A DNA stretch of 64,000 bases, taken from the NCBI GenBank assembly GCA_973851085.1, contig OZ316775.1:10974001-11038000 (forward strand), in the 5' to 3' direction. Within the stretch, counting starts at the first letter, position 1; every line of letters starts with the position of its first letter. The notes below the pieces were generated by a model. It saw only the letters and a list, made by a program, of their open reading frames with translations, had not been told where the DNA came from and ran no database searches. The DNA is from Ptychomitrium polyphyllum. Its lineage: Eukaryota. Shown piece after piece: positions 1 through 13,900 of the stretch. The translations under genes and the position numbers were made by a program.

Positions 1-613
1 AAACTAAAGAATCGACAGTTTTTTATCTCGTTAATTACGTCGACTGCCTAGTACAATCATACATAGGATAATATGGTTAAATTCCTGCCTTCATGTAACT
101 CCAGGTTGTTACGCTGCTGCACATACTCTGAACCACCTCTTAAATTCACCCTAGGCTTGAATTAGTTAAAAGTACCGAGTGTGTTTCTTACAGCCCAGGC
201 TGAGCAAGCTCCATGGCCTGGCACCTAAGTTAACCGTGGATCACAACTAATCGCACAGACTAGTGACACGGAACACCAGTATTAGTGAGGCTGATTGTGC
301 TGGTGGGGTGGGTGTGCGGTTGCAAAGGCGCAACTTTTGTTGGCTGCTGCGGCTCTTCGCCATCGCCAAGCTTCCCATTCCTTCGTCCCTGCAAGCCTGC
401 GATCCCTTTCACGTCGTGCTACAGTTGTTTTTCTCCCGCTGCTTCGCCATTTCTGGAACTCCACCCACTTGGTTAAGTCTGGGCGGCTTCCATTTATGTC
501 ATCATTCTCACCCTTGTGCAGCGTTTGCACCTTTGGGAGGACCTGGGAGGAGTTTTTCGAGCTCTGACTTCAACGATCGAGAGACAGAGCTAGAGACAGA
601 CAGACACACACAT

Positions 614-619
<6 letters not shown>

Positions 620-644
<25 letters not shown>
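620..644. repeat. (GA)n microsatellite in the RopGAP upstream/5' leader region
   Basis: Uninterrupted AG/GA run preceded by CA repeats, read directly. Confidence 0.9.
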
Positions 645-1544
645 CAGAGCCAACCGTTGCTGTCAGGTCCGGGCTCTCCTTGTGTATTTCCGCTGTGTGA
701 CTATGTGGTCAACGATTTTGGCCTTCAAAGGTGTCGCCTTTGGTTGCGTTTTTGTTTGGTTTGGTTTGTGTGTGCATGTATGAGGTTTGTTGTTGTGAGG
801 GTGCATTGGATGGTGAGGTTGTCTAGCAATTTTGTGTCTGTGGGTTGGGGTTTTTGTTTGGGCACCGGGGTTTTAAGTGGTGGTACAGTAGTGGTGGTTG
901 AAAATGGGCGGGAGTTTTTTAGGATCTGTTTGTACGACGCGCTAGGGCTTTCATTTTGGGTTTGAAGAGTGTTGACGGTGAGTGTATGGTATTTTTAGTT
1001 TTAATTGCAGCGTGGAGTGTTCGGTTACCGTCTTATGTTGTAGTTTGTGTGATGTTGGACTCTGATGGTTTGAGTTATTTGAAATTTTGGTTTACTTAAG
1101 GAGTTGATTCAAGGTTGTTTTGCTTGACTGGTTTTTACAGGGGGAGCATCATACGTTGGCTTCAAGTGAGTCCGGTATCCGGTGGGTTTCTCTTCTCGGC
1201 TGTGGCAGTGATTTGAGAGTAACTCGATACTCGTGGTGACAGTAACCAAGTGGGTTTGATATCCTGATCTTCGCCAGGTTTCGATCCTTCAGGAGAAGAA
1301 CTTATTCGTGTTCATCCTCCTTAGTTTCAACCAGAATATTCGAAAGAGACAGAGTATACCTCTTAAATGGCTGCTAAAATTTCGCTATCTTTAAAGGGAC
1401 ATTCGTGGTAGTGGGGAAGGATGAACGTGCAGAATCTCTTGGATCTCAATTTTGGTTGGAATCAAGGGTGATAAAATACCAGGGTTGCTTCTTACTCAAC
1501 CGCATGATCAGACTCTTCAAACATTTCCAGTAAAGAATAGCACC

Positions 1545-4202
1545 ATGACGGAGGTTCTTCCCTCTCAAGTACACCTGGGGAGCTACACGCCGGACCAAAG
1601 CGAGTCCGAGGATTACATGAACGCGCTGCACTACGTTTCCGACACTGATACAGATGGCTACAGTGGTAACCCTGCATCCCCTCTCGTACTGGGCGACACC
1701 ACGATCTCCATCAGAGAATTGTGCAAAGATCCAGAATCGGGCAACACTGTTGTTTCCCAGTCCAGCAGCATTAGCAGCATCACTCGTGGTCGGTGGGGCG
1801 AGATTGGGCAACGAAGCAGGAACAGCAGCCTGAACCGCAGAACTAGCAGCTTCAACCGCGGCAACAATGATGAGGAGAGGGAGAGATCTGCCCAGCTTTC
1901 GTTGGTGGCGCTCCTCCTCGCAACTGTGAGAAGATCTGTTTTGACTATGTGCCAAGATGTCGAAGAAGGCGATGAAAGTTCTCTTGAGATCGGGTGGCCC
2001 ACTGATGTGCAGCATGTGGCCCATGTGACCTTCGACCGTTACAATGGGTTTCTGGGTTTACCGCAAGAGTTTGAAGTTGAAGTGCCTGGTCGTGTTCCAA
2101 GTGCTAGGTAACATGCTTGCATTTTCTGTGTAGATTAGAACGTTGTGCTTACTGATGTTTTGTGACTCCAGGCTTTATGGGTAGTCGAGAAAGGCTAAAA
2201 CAGCCAACGTGTCGTTATCTGAGTGTCGTCCGGGTAGCAGTTTGTAGGGATCAGCTTTTCGAAGAAAGCGCTTTACATAGATGGGCCATGGAAGACATTT
2301 GTTTTGAAGTATTTTCGCTTTTGTGGACCTGACCTTCTCGTCTCTCTTGAACTCGTGCGAAACGTGGTCCTTCGAAGACGGTCACGAGGGCGGGTTTGTT
2401 CCTGTTCACATCATGCTGCTTGGGGATGTGTGCAGTAATCTCAATGGTCTAAATGACTAAGTCTTTCTAATGTCGTGATTTGGGTAATAATCATTTGGAA
2501 GTACCTGGTCATAAGTAGGAGTGTTTGGTCTTGGAACAGGACATTGAAACGCTTTCATACCCGAGAGGTGACTAAGTTCATTTGTCACTTTTAGATGCCA
2601 AAGCACTTCTGCACTGTAGAGTCCTTGTGAACATAGAGAAAATCTGGTTGACTTTTATTCTCGTATCTCTAATTATTTTTCAAAAGCTTTCGAACCATCT
2701 TTCAAACAAAAACGTTGCTATCGCCGGATATGTGTTCATTGTTGCTGACACTTGTTTAGGACACCCTGATGGGTTTTGAGCGCTCGATGGGGGAAAGAAG
2801 AGCAGCCATGCCCACTTTGATAAGACTAGCATTTTCCTGCGTTCCTAGAATGCATGAGTTTGGAAAAGTGGGTCCACTGGCAGATGATTGCAGAATAACT
2901 GACAACCGTTGGGCGTATGATCTTGGTGAATGCAGTCAAAGCGTGTTCGGTGTTTCTGCCGAGTCCATGCAGTGTACGTATGATCACAACGGTAACAGTG
3001 TGCCAACCATTCTACTCCTTATGCAGGAGAGATTGTATCATCAAGGAGGTCTTAAGGTTTGTTTACTGAACGCATCTGAATACTGGTACTCTCCAGCTTC
3101 AATTTTAGCTTCTTATCCTGTATCGCTTTTTGTCTTTTGTCGTTGTTCGACTACTTGGGGAAGAAGTGAGAATTATGGTATAATGGTTAGTTTGCTCTAC
3201 TGCCAGGCAGAAGGCATTTTCCGGATTAACGCAGAGAACAGCCACCATGAACATGTCAGAGATCAACTGAACAAGGGCATCGTTCCCATGGACATCGATT
3301 TACATTGCCTTGCCGGTCTTATCAAGGTAATTTATGTCAGCTTCTGTTGCTACTGTGGTGCTTTGCTTTCTTGTGTGTTTTTCATCTCCTTGTGACGTTT
3401 TGATCTGTACATTTAGATCAATATGTTTGATGGAGAAGGTGATTTTCTTGTCCACGCAGGCTTGGTTTAGGGAGCTGCCACAAGGAGTGCTCGATTGTCT
3501 GTCTCCGGAGCAAGTTCTGGAATGTCATACTGAGGAGGAAACAGTGGCACTCGTCAAGCTTCTTCCCCCAACTCAAGCGGCACTGCTCGACTGGGCTGTG
3601 AACCTTATGGCTGATGTAGTACAAGAAGAAGTTGTCAACAAGATGAACGCCCGCAACATTGCAATGGTCTTTGCTCCTAACATGACCCAGGTATCTGGAT
3701 ACTGGGACTTAAATACTCTATAGTCAACTTATTCTGAATAGAATTCTACTCTATGCTGAAGATTGAGAAGAAAATGGCATGAATTTGGTTATGCTTCAAC
3801 TTTTTCGGATAGAGCTGTTGGGGCTTATACCATTTCTTACTGTATCTGCAGATGGCCGATCCTTTGACTGCACTTATGCACGCAGTTCAAGTGATGAACT
3901 TGCTGAAGACGCTAATACTCAGAACCTTGAAGGACAGGCAGGATGCTGTTCTGGAACAAGCCCAGAGTTTAACTAGGCCAGAGACTTCCGAAGGCGATGA
4001 GCCGGACAGCGACTGCAACAACGTCCTTCTCATTGGACACGAGCGCCATAGTTCGGAGCCAGAGGAAGCCACCAAAGTGGACTATGATCAATATTCGCAT
4101 CGGATAGTTATTCCAACTAAGCGTGGATCTAAAGTCAAGGCCAAGAGCGGAAATTTGGTAAACACCATCGACCACAACAATCAAAGGGTAGAAGCTTGGT
4201 AG
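1545..4202 (+). CDS. ROP (Rho of plants) GTPase-activating protein with CRIB and RhoGAP domains (RopGAP), ~461 aa, 5 coding exons
   Basis: Exons 1545-2107, 2936-3056, 3207-3326, 3460-3690 and 3852-4202; all introns GT-AG; total 1386 nt in frame. CRIB motif EIGWPTDVQHVAHVTFDRYNGFLGLP. GAP motifs GGLK|AEGIFRIN, LAGLIK|AWFRELP and NKMNARNIAMVFAPNMTQ|MADPLTALMHAVQVMN. C-terminus RVEAW is typical of plant RopGAPs. Confidence 0.95.
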
Positions 4203-7200
4203 ACTTTCTAAGGGTTTCCATGTGAAATAAGATCATGAAAATCATTGGGTGCACTTTTGCGAGTTATTGAGCGACTGAGAGCACTCGGAATTGGTGAGGA
4301 GAGGAGAGATAACTTGTCTGGGTCTCGGCGATTCCCTATGATGATAAACCGCAGGTCTTTCTTTTCCTACATGTACAGTCTTGGGAGAAAAGTGCGGAGG
4401 TTGGTGCAAGAGGAAGGTCTGTTCAAAACTATAGGAGTTTAGGTAGAGAGAGACTCACTATTGTAAAATGCTTAAGTCTAGTTCTGCTGAGGTCTGCTCT
4501 CAAAGGTGGGTAGGCACGGTTACCGTGCCTGGTACTGAAACACTGGTAGAATTGTGGCTCAAGAGTAGTGGCCATCATGCCTGGGTGGCCAGTGATCAAT
4601 ATTGTACAATGTTTACCTCTAGATTTAATTTTCTCGCTTCAGTTCTCTTCTCTTCTCTGTATGCCGATCTAATTGCTACCAAGTCACGACCTTCAGTTAC
4701 AGTGCATGCTCCCTGATTGACTGGTCACGTCCAAGTCTGATACCTGGTCTTACTTGGATGTACTTGGAGCTTTGGCTGGGGATTCTTGGGCTTTCTTAGC
4801 CGGGCTGGGGAGGGGGTTCTTGGGTTCTTCTCGATTGTTGTACCTACTCTATTTCTCATACGCCCTTATTTCTTACTCTTGCTTTCTTCAGGGCTACATG
4901 GTGGAGGCAACGGAGAGTGAAAGACGGAGAAGGCTTGCTCATAATCATGGACTCTTGTACACGTCTTATCACTGCCGTCCTCTGTGGTCCTTGACATCAT
5001 CCTTGCCCCTCAGCTTCCTCAAGCTGTCTAGATCATCTCCTTCTGGCTGCAAAGCCCTCCGGTACTGCATCGGCATCACCGTGCTTTTAGTCGTTTTCTG
5101 CTTCGGCCTCAGAGTGCTGCCTTTCCTGCTGGCTCTGTTTCTCTTGGTCTGTCTTACTGGGTAGAACACACAATCCTTTGTGCCTCTGTCGTTGTCTGCT
5201 AACCTTTCATTGCAACAACACCTTGCAGCAAGTTACGCATGCCAAGCCGCAGCAAAGCATCACCCAAATTGCAATTGCATCTGAATGGGGCTCCCATACT
5301 CTTGCCTCCACCCGTCCATCCTTCAGCTAACGAGGAACTTGCTGATGGTTAGACTGAAAAGGGGATGAAAAAACGCTCAATTCTTTTTTAGGTTCTAGAC
5401 CCTTGTCCGTGAGTTTAGTTCAGTAAGTGCCTGACTCGTGGAGCAGTTGTAGAAGCGGTTGAGCAAATATTTAGCAAGCTTTCTGGTTACCGTTCAGGTT
5501 TTGCTCTACCTGCTCCTCTGCGTGTGACAGAGCACAGATTCTTTTGCAATAAGCAGACGAAACCCAGCCAATGGTGGAGTCTGATTGCTCAGTTCCTTTT
5601 CATCAGGGCGAAATCTCATACATACAATAAAAACTAAAGAAATCTTTCACATGAAGGTATCGTGTGTGATTTAATTGCAAGTTGAAACATCTATACTTAC
5701 ATTGCACTTCAGCGTAAAGCAGATATAATTAAACTCTATTCAACGGCCTGCACAAAGTGTTTTCATCGAACCTCCAGGGATTTGTCTCTTTCCACTGTTT
5801 GAAAGCCAAACAGCGTCCATTCTAAGGACTTGTTTTTGTTATTGCCTAAATTGTAAAGATGTGCTGATGAACAGATGATAGAATCTTGAGCCGGGATAGC
5901 ACAGATTTGTTACAAATAATAAGTCGAGTAATTGTCTGCACAAGGATCTGTTTTGCCATCCTCTTTGTTAGTGAGAGGGAAGGTGTTGCATTAGCCATCT
6001 ATATTTTCCTTTTGCAATATAATAGACAAGGAAACTTGCAAACCAGGTGTCCTCTAAAGTGCTACAGGAAACTAAAGCAGAAAGTCAAGTTTTTCATCCC
6101 TTTTTGCAAAAGTCAAGAAGTTGAAAACATAGTATTTTTTGAATTGCAGACACAAGGAATAATTTTTATCAAACGAAGCTAATTTTTCCAAGAAATTATT
6201 CCTTGAAATTATGTACAATCTTCTAAGTCATATTCTTTCAAAATGACATTTTCAATAAGGTCACTCTTAAATAGAATAAATAAAAATATATTTAATTTTT
6301 TCAACTATCATTTACTAAATTTTTAATAAATAGTCTTATGATTCATCCATGACCAAAAAGAAGCTTATTTTTTTTTATTGACTTTTTATATCATTAAATT
6401 TACAAAATTTTAGGTATATATTGATTTCAAAAATTTCCTCTCTAAAGCCAAAAGCCAAAACCAAATAATAGTGTTATCATTTCTTATTTCATGTATTTGA
6501 ATTTTGAATTTTTTAAAAAAAAATTATTGAATTTGAAAATAATACATACTTGAGTACATTAAAATCTTTCTTAACTTGTCAATAAAAAAAGTAAAATCAA
6601 TTCCATTCATATATTTACAAAATTGTAGGTTTGTTCAAAGTCATAGGAATGGGTGGTTTATCCTTAGAATATTCTTGAACAAGGTATCCTAGTGCTACAT
6701 AGCATTTTAAAATAATAATGTATAAAACTTGTTTAATTAATAATTTCATAAAGAAATCAAGCATACTTGGCAATAATATGGTGTTTTTTGATTTCATGTA
6801 ATAAATGTGATATTTATTTATGCATTTATAAATTAGATTTAGTTGGAAGCTTTTTTTAAATCTACTGTTAAAAAAAAATCTTCCATCTTTCTAGAATGCT
6901 ACGTGATTATGGCTTATCAAGATTCAACCACAAATACAGCATACCAAAAGATGTAAAGTTAATACTAGAGATTTCTAAGAGTATTTCCAAAATACACTAT
7001 AAAAAAAATAAAAAATCTTTGTACATTTTAATCTAAACAATGATGGTTGTTTTAATACTTTATAAGTGCAAATTTTGTAATTTTTCATTATTAAATAATA
7101 AAAGAACCAATGGTAATTGGATCTCATTTTGCTCTACTTTTCTTAGTCCTCTTTCTTTTCCAACTAGCCAACTAATTTTTTCTTTCATCATATATTTTGT

Positions 7201-10200
7201 CATGATGTAATCATTGTTTTTATAAACAAAATTCATATAATAACTACACTCAAGAGGCAATAGTCGGTAAATTAGAATTTAAACTTGATAATACAATTTC
7301 AATTTTGCCATACGTCTATATGAAAAATTCTTGTAATTAAAATTTTCCTTTGCATGAATAACTACAACATATGATAACAAAACTCTTGAAATCCCTATTT
7401 TTATATATTATTGAAATAATGTAGGTATGCTTCATTCAATAATGATGAAGTTGCTTGTAATAATTTTGAATGAGTGCTATAGATGTTTCACTGTTACACA
7501 TATAAATAATGCCTTACAAAATTGAACATCTCATTATTTCAAGTTTTAGATGAATAACTATAAATATTAGGATATCTTAAAGGCATCTATGAAACTTATT
7601 TAATATTTTAGAATTGAAAAAATGAAATTTTCCATAATTTCTAAGATTATCATCTATAAAACAAAGTTGACTAAAATTTAATAAGTGCATAATGTTTCAT
7701 CTAGTGCTAAATTATAAGTAGAGAAAGCTTAAAAGAGATTTTTTTTTTTTGCAATTGTCATGACTTATTATAAATCCAATTATAATTACTAGGTTCAAGA
7801 GTTAGCTAAAATTTAATAAAAAAATTGTGAAATTTTTTTGGTATACTTACACATGGTTTATATTTGTGAACAATATTCTTTGGTATACTTACATACGGTT
7901 TATATTTGGAAGATTTGAGGTTGTTAATATTTTATTTTATGTTTTTAAATACTTTTATATTTAGAATTATTTTCAATAATTCATGTTACTAATATATGCA
8001 ATTGAAGTCTTATGTGGATGCAGTTTGTATCTATAAAATAGGACTATATGTAGCACAAGTTTAAAAGAAAGATGGTGTAATTTCATTATGTTAAGCAAAG
8101 AATCAAAATTAAATTTTTCTAATTTAAACTTTTTTATGTTTAGAACTTATATACATAACCAATGATACATGTGAAATAATAGATTCCAAAGTCTACATTA
8201 TGAATGATTTGTTGATTAAAATATAGCAAGTATGATTAGCAAATTATTGAGTAAGCTTAATATAAGGCAATTAATCCAAGGTGTAGTAATAATGAAATCA
8301 CAAAGGCACCACCTTTGTATGTATCAACAATTGTTGTATAAATACAATACTTCACGCATCCTTATGAATATTCTCATTGTATAGTTTCCTTATTCATTTT
8401 TCTCCTTGATAAAATAATTATATTAACATTTAAAAAAATCTTCTTTTGTTTTTTTGAAGCTTATAACTAGATTTTTTTTTGGTGGACCTAAGTTTAAATT
8501 GAACATTTAAAACTCATTTTTATATATAAATATGAGATGTTTTGACTCATTGGAGTGGAGAGAAAAACTATTTTGTTATAATTGTATGTATTATTGCCAA
8601 TGCAAATTGTATCTTTTCTATCATTTAATTGAGAGGCAACTTAAATATGGAAAATCTAATGTTAATACAATGTCATGCTTTGTTATTTATTTATATTTTT
8701 TTATTTTGAATTGTATTGTGGAAAGATACATTGTTGAAATTGTACAAATTTTAAATAAGATATTTTTAAAAGAAGTTTATTTTTAGATGGTATAAAAGAC
8801 AAGAATATAAGAGCAATTTGTTACTAACAAAGTAAACAAAGTCCAAAGGCTTGGATTAGTTTTAATACAATAATTCTAAAATAAATTTAGATGATTGCTT
8901 ATGAATCATTATAGTTTGTACAATGCTATTCATTTATTTTAAGAAAAATAAAAAATTCTAAATATAAATGTAAGTACAATTGCCTTTTAGAATTCATTGA
9001 TTTTATTGTGAAATATAAAAAACATAATTATTAGAGATATTGGAATTTTTCATAATCTATTTGATTATATTACAAAATTTAGAAAAGAAATATAGACAAA
9101 GTTTGATTTAAAATTGCTTCTATTCATTAGTGTTTAAAATTCATATAAATAATCACCTAAAATGATGCATTTTCTAGCCAAATTAGAGAGTTATCATTAA
9201 CAATTATCTTCATTTATGAATTTTATTTATTATAACCTTCTCTATATAATTATTAAGAAGATTTTATTATATAAAGAATAGATATTCCAAAAATTTCAAA
9301 ATAAATTTTTGAGATATATGCTAATAAAGACACCTTAAGAAGAAACTTGTTGTTAAACATATTCACTACTTTCAACAATTGCATTGTTGGATTTCAAAAC
9401 AATTATGTATATGTAAAACATGAAAAGCATTTGTACTAAAAAGATGCGCTTACAAATCATGCAATGAAGACCATAGACAATAATGGGATAAGAACTACAA
9501 ACAATATTCTTCCATTAGGATACTTCTTCTTTTCTTATTCTCAAATTTCTTTCCAGAAAACCTCATAGTAGGGCCTTCTCCCTTCTATTCTAGAAATAAT
9601 ATATTGGCAAGGAAGATGTGCCCTGAAAGTCAAGAAAAATCAAGGAAAATCAAAATTGGAATCTCATTTTTAGAAACACAAATTGGTGCAAGGAATGCAT
9701 ATCCAAAACAGTCAATACATCCAAATCAGCCATGCACTGGTCCTTTGCTTCGTTTAAATCCCTGAAATTTATATTTAAGAATGCATAGTGACAGCTTCAG
9801 CTATGATTCCTTTGAATCAGACTTTGAATCTCACTTTGAATCTGTAAAGTACAACTTTAAAGTAAGGCACTCACTGTGGTGATTGTTGCCTTTGACACGT
9901 AGGCAGTAGCTTCATATTATGTTGAATTCAGTGTCAGCATGACTTGCATTCGTTGGAAATTTTCAGTGCGGTGTTCAATTAACATTATTAAGCAAATGTG
10001 AAGGTTTGTTGTTATGTTGCAGTGCCTACAACCATTTTGTTTTGTACTTCCATATTGTTATGGTGGTGCAAGTTATGGAAAACTATCGAGAGTGATTGCA
10101 GAATGCCCAAAGCAGGAGAACTTTGGATTTTGAACTAACAAATCCTCGAGTTGTAGTTCCCACTTACGCCTCCGATCGGACCAATTCAGTAAGGGGTTTG

Positions 10201-10986
10201 ACCGTGTTTCTTTGTGTTTCCTGCAGGTAATGTAGTTCTTTGCAACAACAGTCCCTCGATGATGTATTCGAGAGGTTTGAAGAGGAATCATGTTCTGGAG
10301 CCTTTCTCCAGCTCATATGTCAGTAGGGTAGTAATATCGTTGTTGGTGCCCAAGCCTAGAGTTCTGAGAACTAAGAACAGCTGATGTGGTGCAGTTTGAA
10401 GTTCGTTGGATACACTGCGATTTCTCTCAGTTGGCGAGTAGACTCGGACTCAGGTTCTGATTCGATACATCCCACTCATCTTCATTACTTCCTGAACCTT
10501 GACAGGTTTAGGGGAACAATTCAACAAATCGATTCTCATTCAAGTTGGCATTTACACGTCTTGACCAACAGAAAAACTCAAGAACGGGTTCCCTTTTGTT
10601 ACTGCAACACCGAGTTTGTGTATCCCGGAGTGTCTACCTCATCCGGAGTGTGCAGAAAATAGCGTCCCTATCCTAGCCAGAATGCCCAGCAAGAGGACGC
10701 ACAATTCTCCACCTCAGTTCCTATGCTCCCTAAGAGCAGGCTCAATTTAGCCTCTAAGCTTCGTTAGAATTAAATCAGCAAATTAATACCGTTAGTTCAA
10801 GGAATATGCTATACATGAAAGGAAGAAGGGCATGCTACAGCGTCAAGACCGGCACGACAAACCGTAACCGGTCGACGAGGATGCCGTTGACTAGAGAGAT
10901 TTGGTGACAAGCGAAAAAAAAGTCGGTGGTGATGCATTGAAGAGATGGTGTATCCAGTGAACGATGTCTCAAGAATGTTGTTCGAA

Positions 10987-13900
10987 CTAAAATGTTCGGC
11001 AAGTAAGTGGCTCTCCTGTTTTATCATCCGCCATTACCACCTGCGTCACGTTGCACTCCAACACGTCTTGTCCAAGCTTGGCCCCTGCGGCCTTAAGACC
11101 CCGAAGAGAAGCAGCTTGGTTGAATAGATTGATGACTGGGAGTTTCGAAGCTGGAGGGAGCTTCGAATTTGGCAACATAGGGAAGAAATCCTCCTGAACA
11201 ATCACGAACATTGAATTAATTTCTAAATTCTCCTCCGTGTCAAACTTTAAACGTTAGCGTAAAAAGTGAAAGAATAGTTGTGACTAGAAGATTTGCAAGA
11301 GGTGCAAGAGCTAAACCTGCAAGAGAGGGACTACAAAGTCCGCCCGGTTGTGTGCGAGTTTGTTGGCAGCAGCGCCAATATGAGCGCCGGGCTCCATATG
11401 ATTGGTACTGAAACTTGTTTGGTTGGGAAAGTTGGGGTAGAGTGTGACATATCCCCGCAAGTACATTAGATCGATCAGAAACTTCTTCCACGATGCCTGT
11501 CATTCCACGAGCAATCACGTCAATTCACTGTAATTGCAAACTTAAAACTTCAATACATTTCACAAACAAAGCGTCATATACTGTCAACATCCTGTCAAAT
11601 GTTGATGTGCAACATTAGTACCAAGCAACGACTGGATTCTGAGTTTAGAAATGACTGACCTGCCATCCATTTGTTCTTGACTTAGGAATTTGGACAGGGT
11701 TCGCCTTGGCATCCTCCGTGAAACGCATGCCCATGTACTTGTAAAATTCTCGCCACCTCTTGGGCATAAACAAGGCACCCCAACTGCATGGCAATTGATG
11801 CAAGTAGGGGGTGTTGGGATGCACCTGACTGAAGAAATCGGTGGCGTTCCAATGCGGCCTCTCCTTCACAACCTCGACCACGCGCGGTGTGTAAAGAGCA
11901 ATTGAGTTGAGCTCCGGAAGGTGGACGTTGGGGTTGTAGTAGTATTGCAGGAGTGCGTATTTCAACCACATGTAGTAATAGGGTGAAACTTCAATGTCGT
12001 CCTCGAGTAAAAGACCAAAATCGTTGTCGGAAGCAGGATACCAGCTCTCGCTCACAGCTCTGATGAGACCTCCTTGGATGATACGCCGGCGCACGATCTT
12101 CTGGCCAAAGGGCCAGTTGAATGTGTCAATCAGGTTGAGAGTCGGGCTGTCCACGGCGCTATCCATGTTGAAGGAGATGTCGATCGTGTCACCGATGTAG
12201 TGCGCATTCAGAAGAGATTGCAGCAAGCGCATGAGTGAAGTGGCTCTGTTTTGCGTGATAATATTGATTTGAATCCTCATTTTGCTCCAAACTGGTCAAC
12301 AAAGGGCAACATCATGGGTCAAATTTCCATAAAAGAAGATAAATACTACAGAAACACACCAACAGCAATTGATGAAAGAGGTGCTTTACAAAAACATTAA
12401 GATATCTTACATGGTAGTGATGCAGGTGGAACCGTGGCCATCCAAAGAGCATGAGGGAACGACGAGTGTGGAATTTGGACGAGAGTTGAATTGGTGCCTG
12501 CTTGCGTTGTCGCCAATTGCAAAGCATCCACAACAGCAGACGGCAAGTCGTTGACAGTAATTAAAAGACTCGGGGAGTGCATCCTCATCAAACCTCGCAT
12601 GGATGCAGAAATTTCTTGGATGAGTGGCGTCTCAGAGAACCCTCTGTGAACCGAACCCACCTGCAGGTACAGAGATAGCCCCATGTTCAGTCAGCCTCAG
12701 TAGCATCACTTTAAATCCATGTAAAACGATAATAGATGCTGCAGAGGAAAAACCCTACTGAGCTTTCGGTGTCGAAGCTTTATAAAGTTTTACCTCGAGG
12801 TCGAAGAGCTTGAATCGGCGTTCTTTACACGAAGCCGGAGCCCAACCGAGAACCTCAGCGGCTTCCTCACACGGACAGAACTGACCTCCGCTAATGACCA
12901 GGTACGCTTTCCTTCCTGGTGTACCACGGAACTTCTGCAACAAGGGCGCCATAGCCTTCACGTCGCTGATTCTGTGGGCGTAAAAAAACGCGTCGCTGTG
13001 TTGAGGGTTCATCTCCGCCCACTGCGTAATGTAACCCCTTGAGAATGTTCGCCACCATTGATTGTCGCGCACCTCCACAACATCCTTATGAATGACCGTC
13101 GTCTCTGAAACTTGCGCAAGACGATGCTCCTTGTCTCCCCAGGTTTCCTTGTCGTTGGGATCAACGGGAACCACGAAGGAGCCATGGCCATGATACTTCT
13201 GAAGCTGGTAACTGCACTCAAACAAAACAACCCCCACATCAGAAAATGGTGTCTGCAAATACAGAGCAAACAAAACAGATTGTATCCAACGATAAACCAT
13301 CAAGTCCCTAAAAATGGCACTGCGAGAAGAGGTAATTCCACCTCAGATGAAGATCCTCTCCAGTAGAGAAAGTTGGCGGAGTCTCGATAAAAATGGTCTT
13401 CACCAAATCAGCGGAGAGGAACCAGCCACTCGACAAGAAGTCCACCTTCACAATCCTATTAATGACGATATCAAAAGCAGGATCCGGCAAGTACAGACCC
13501 GCCTCCTTGGCGCCAAACTTACGGTAGCTGGGAAAACTGAAATCCTTCTGCCTAAAGGGCAATATTCTTCCAATACTGCCCAACACTGAATTCCGGTACT
13601 TCTCAGTTCCAGCAATATGAGCCAAGATTTGCAATACTTTCCTCCCGGGAATCATGTCATCATCCACCAGGTAGACGAAATCCGCTCCATTTGCCTACCC
13701 ATTGCCAAAAGGGACCACACTCAGCCCAACACTTTACCCCTGAAACATAGCCCTTAAAAAAACCAAGAATCACTCTACGGTACAGTTTGTCAAGTTCCAG
13801 GTTAACACCTTCAGGTTATTTGGCCAAACAAACAATTAGCCTCGATGTGCAAATCAGCTTGCTCGCCAAGTCAAAAAACAGGGAATTCTAAAACAAATTG

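Noticed and set aside
263..965. Several overlapping 60-145 aa ORFs
   Set aside because: Low-complexity or microsatellite-derived frames in the RopGAP promoter and 5' leader, with no domain signal.
6200..9600. AT-rich blocks (also ~24.3-25.7, 40.7-42.1, 44.4-47.3 and 53-57 kb) as named transposons
   Set aside because: Probably old repeat debris, but no LTR, TIR, Helitron end or transposase motif could be supported. A ~30-bp local duplication at 7838-7908 is trivial.
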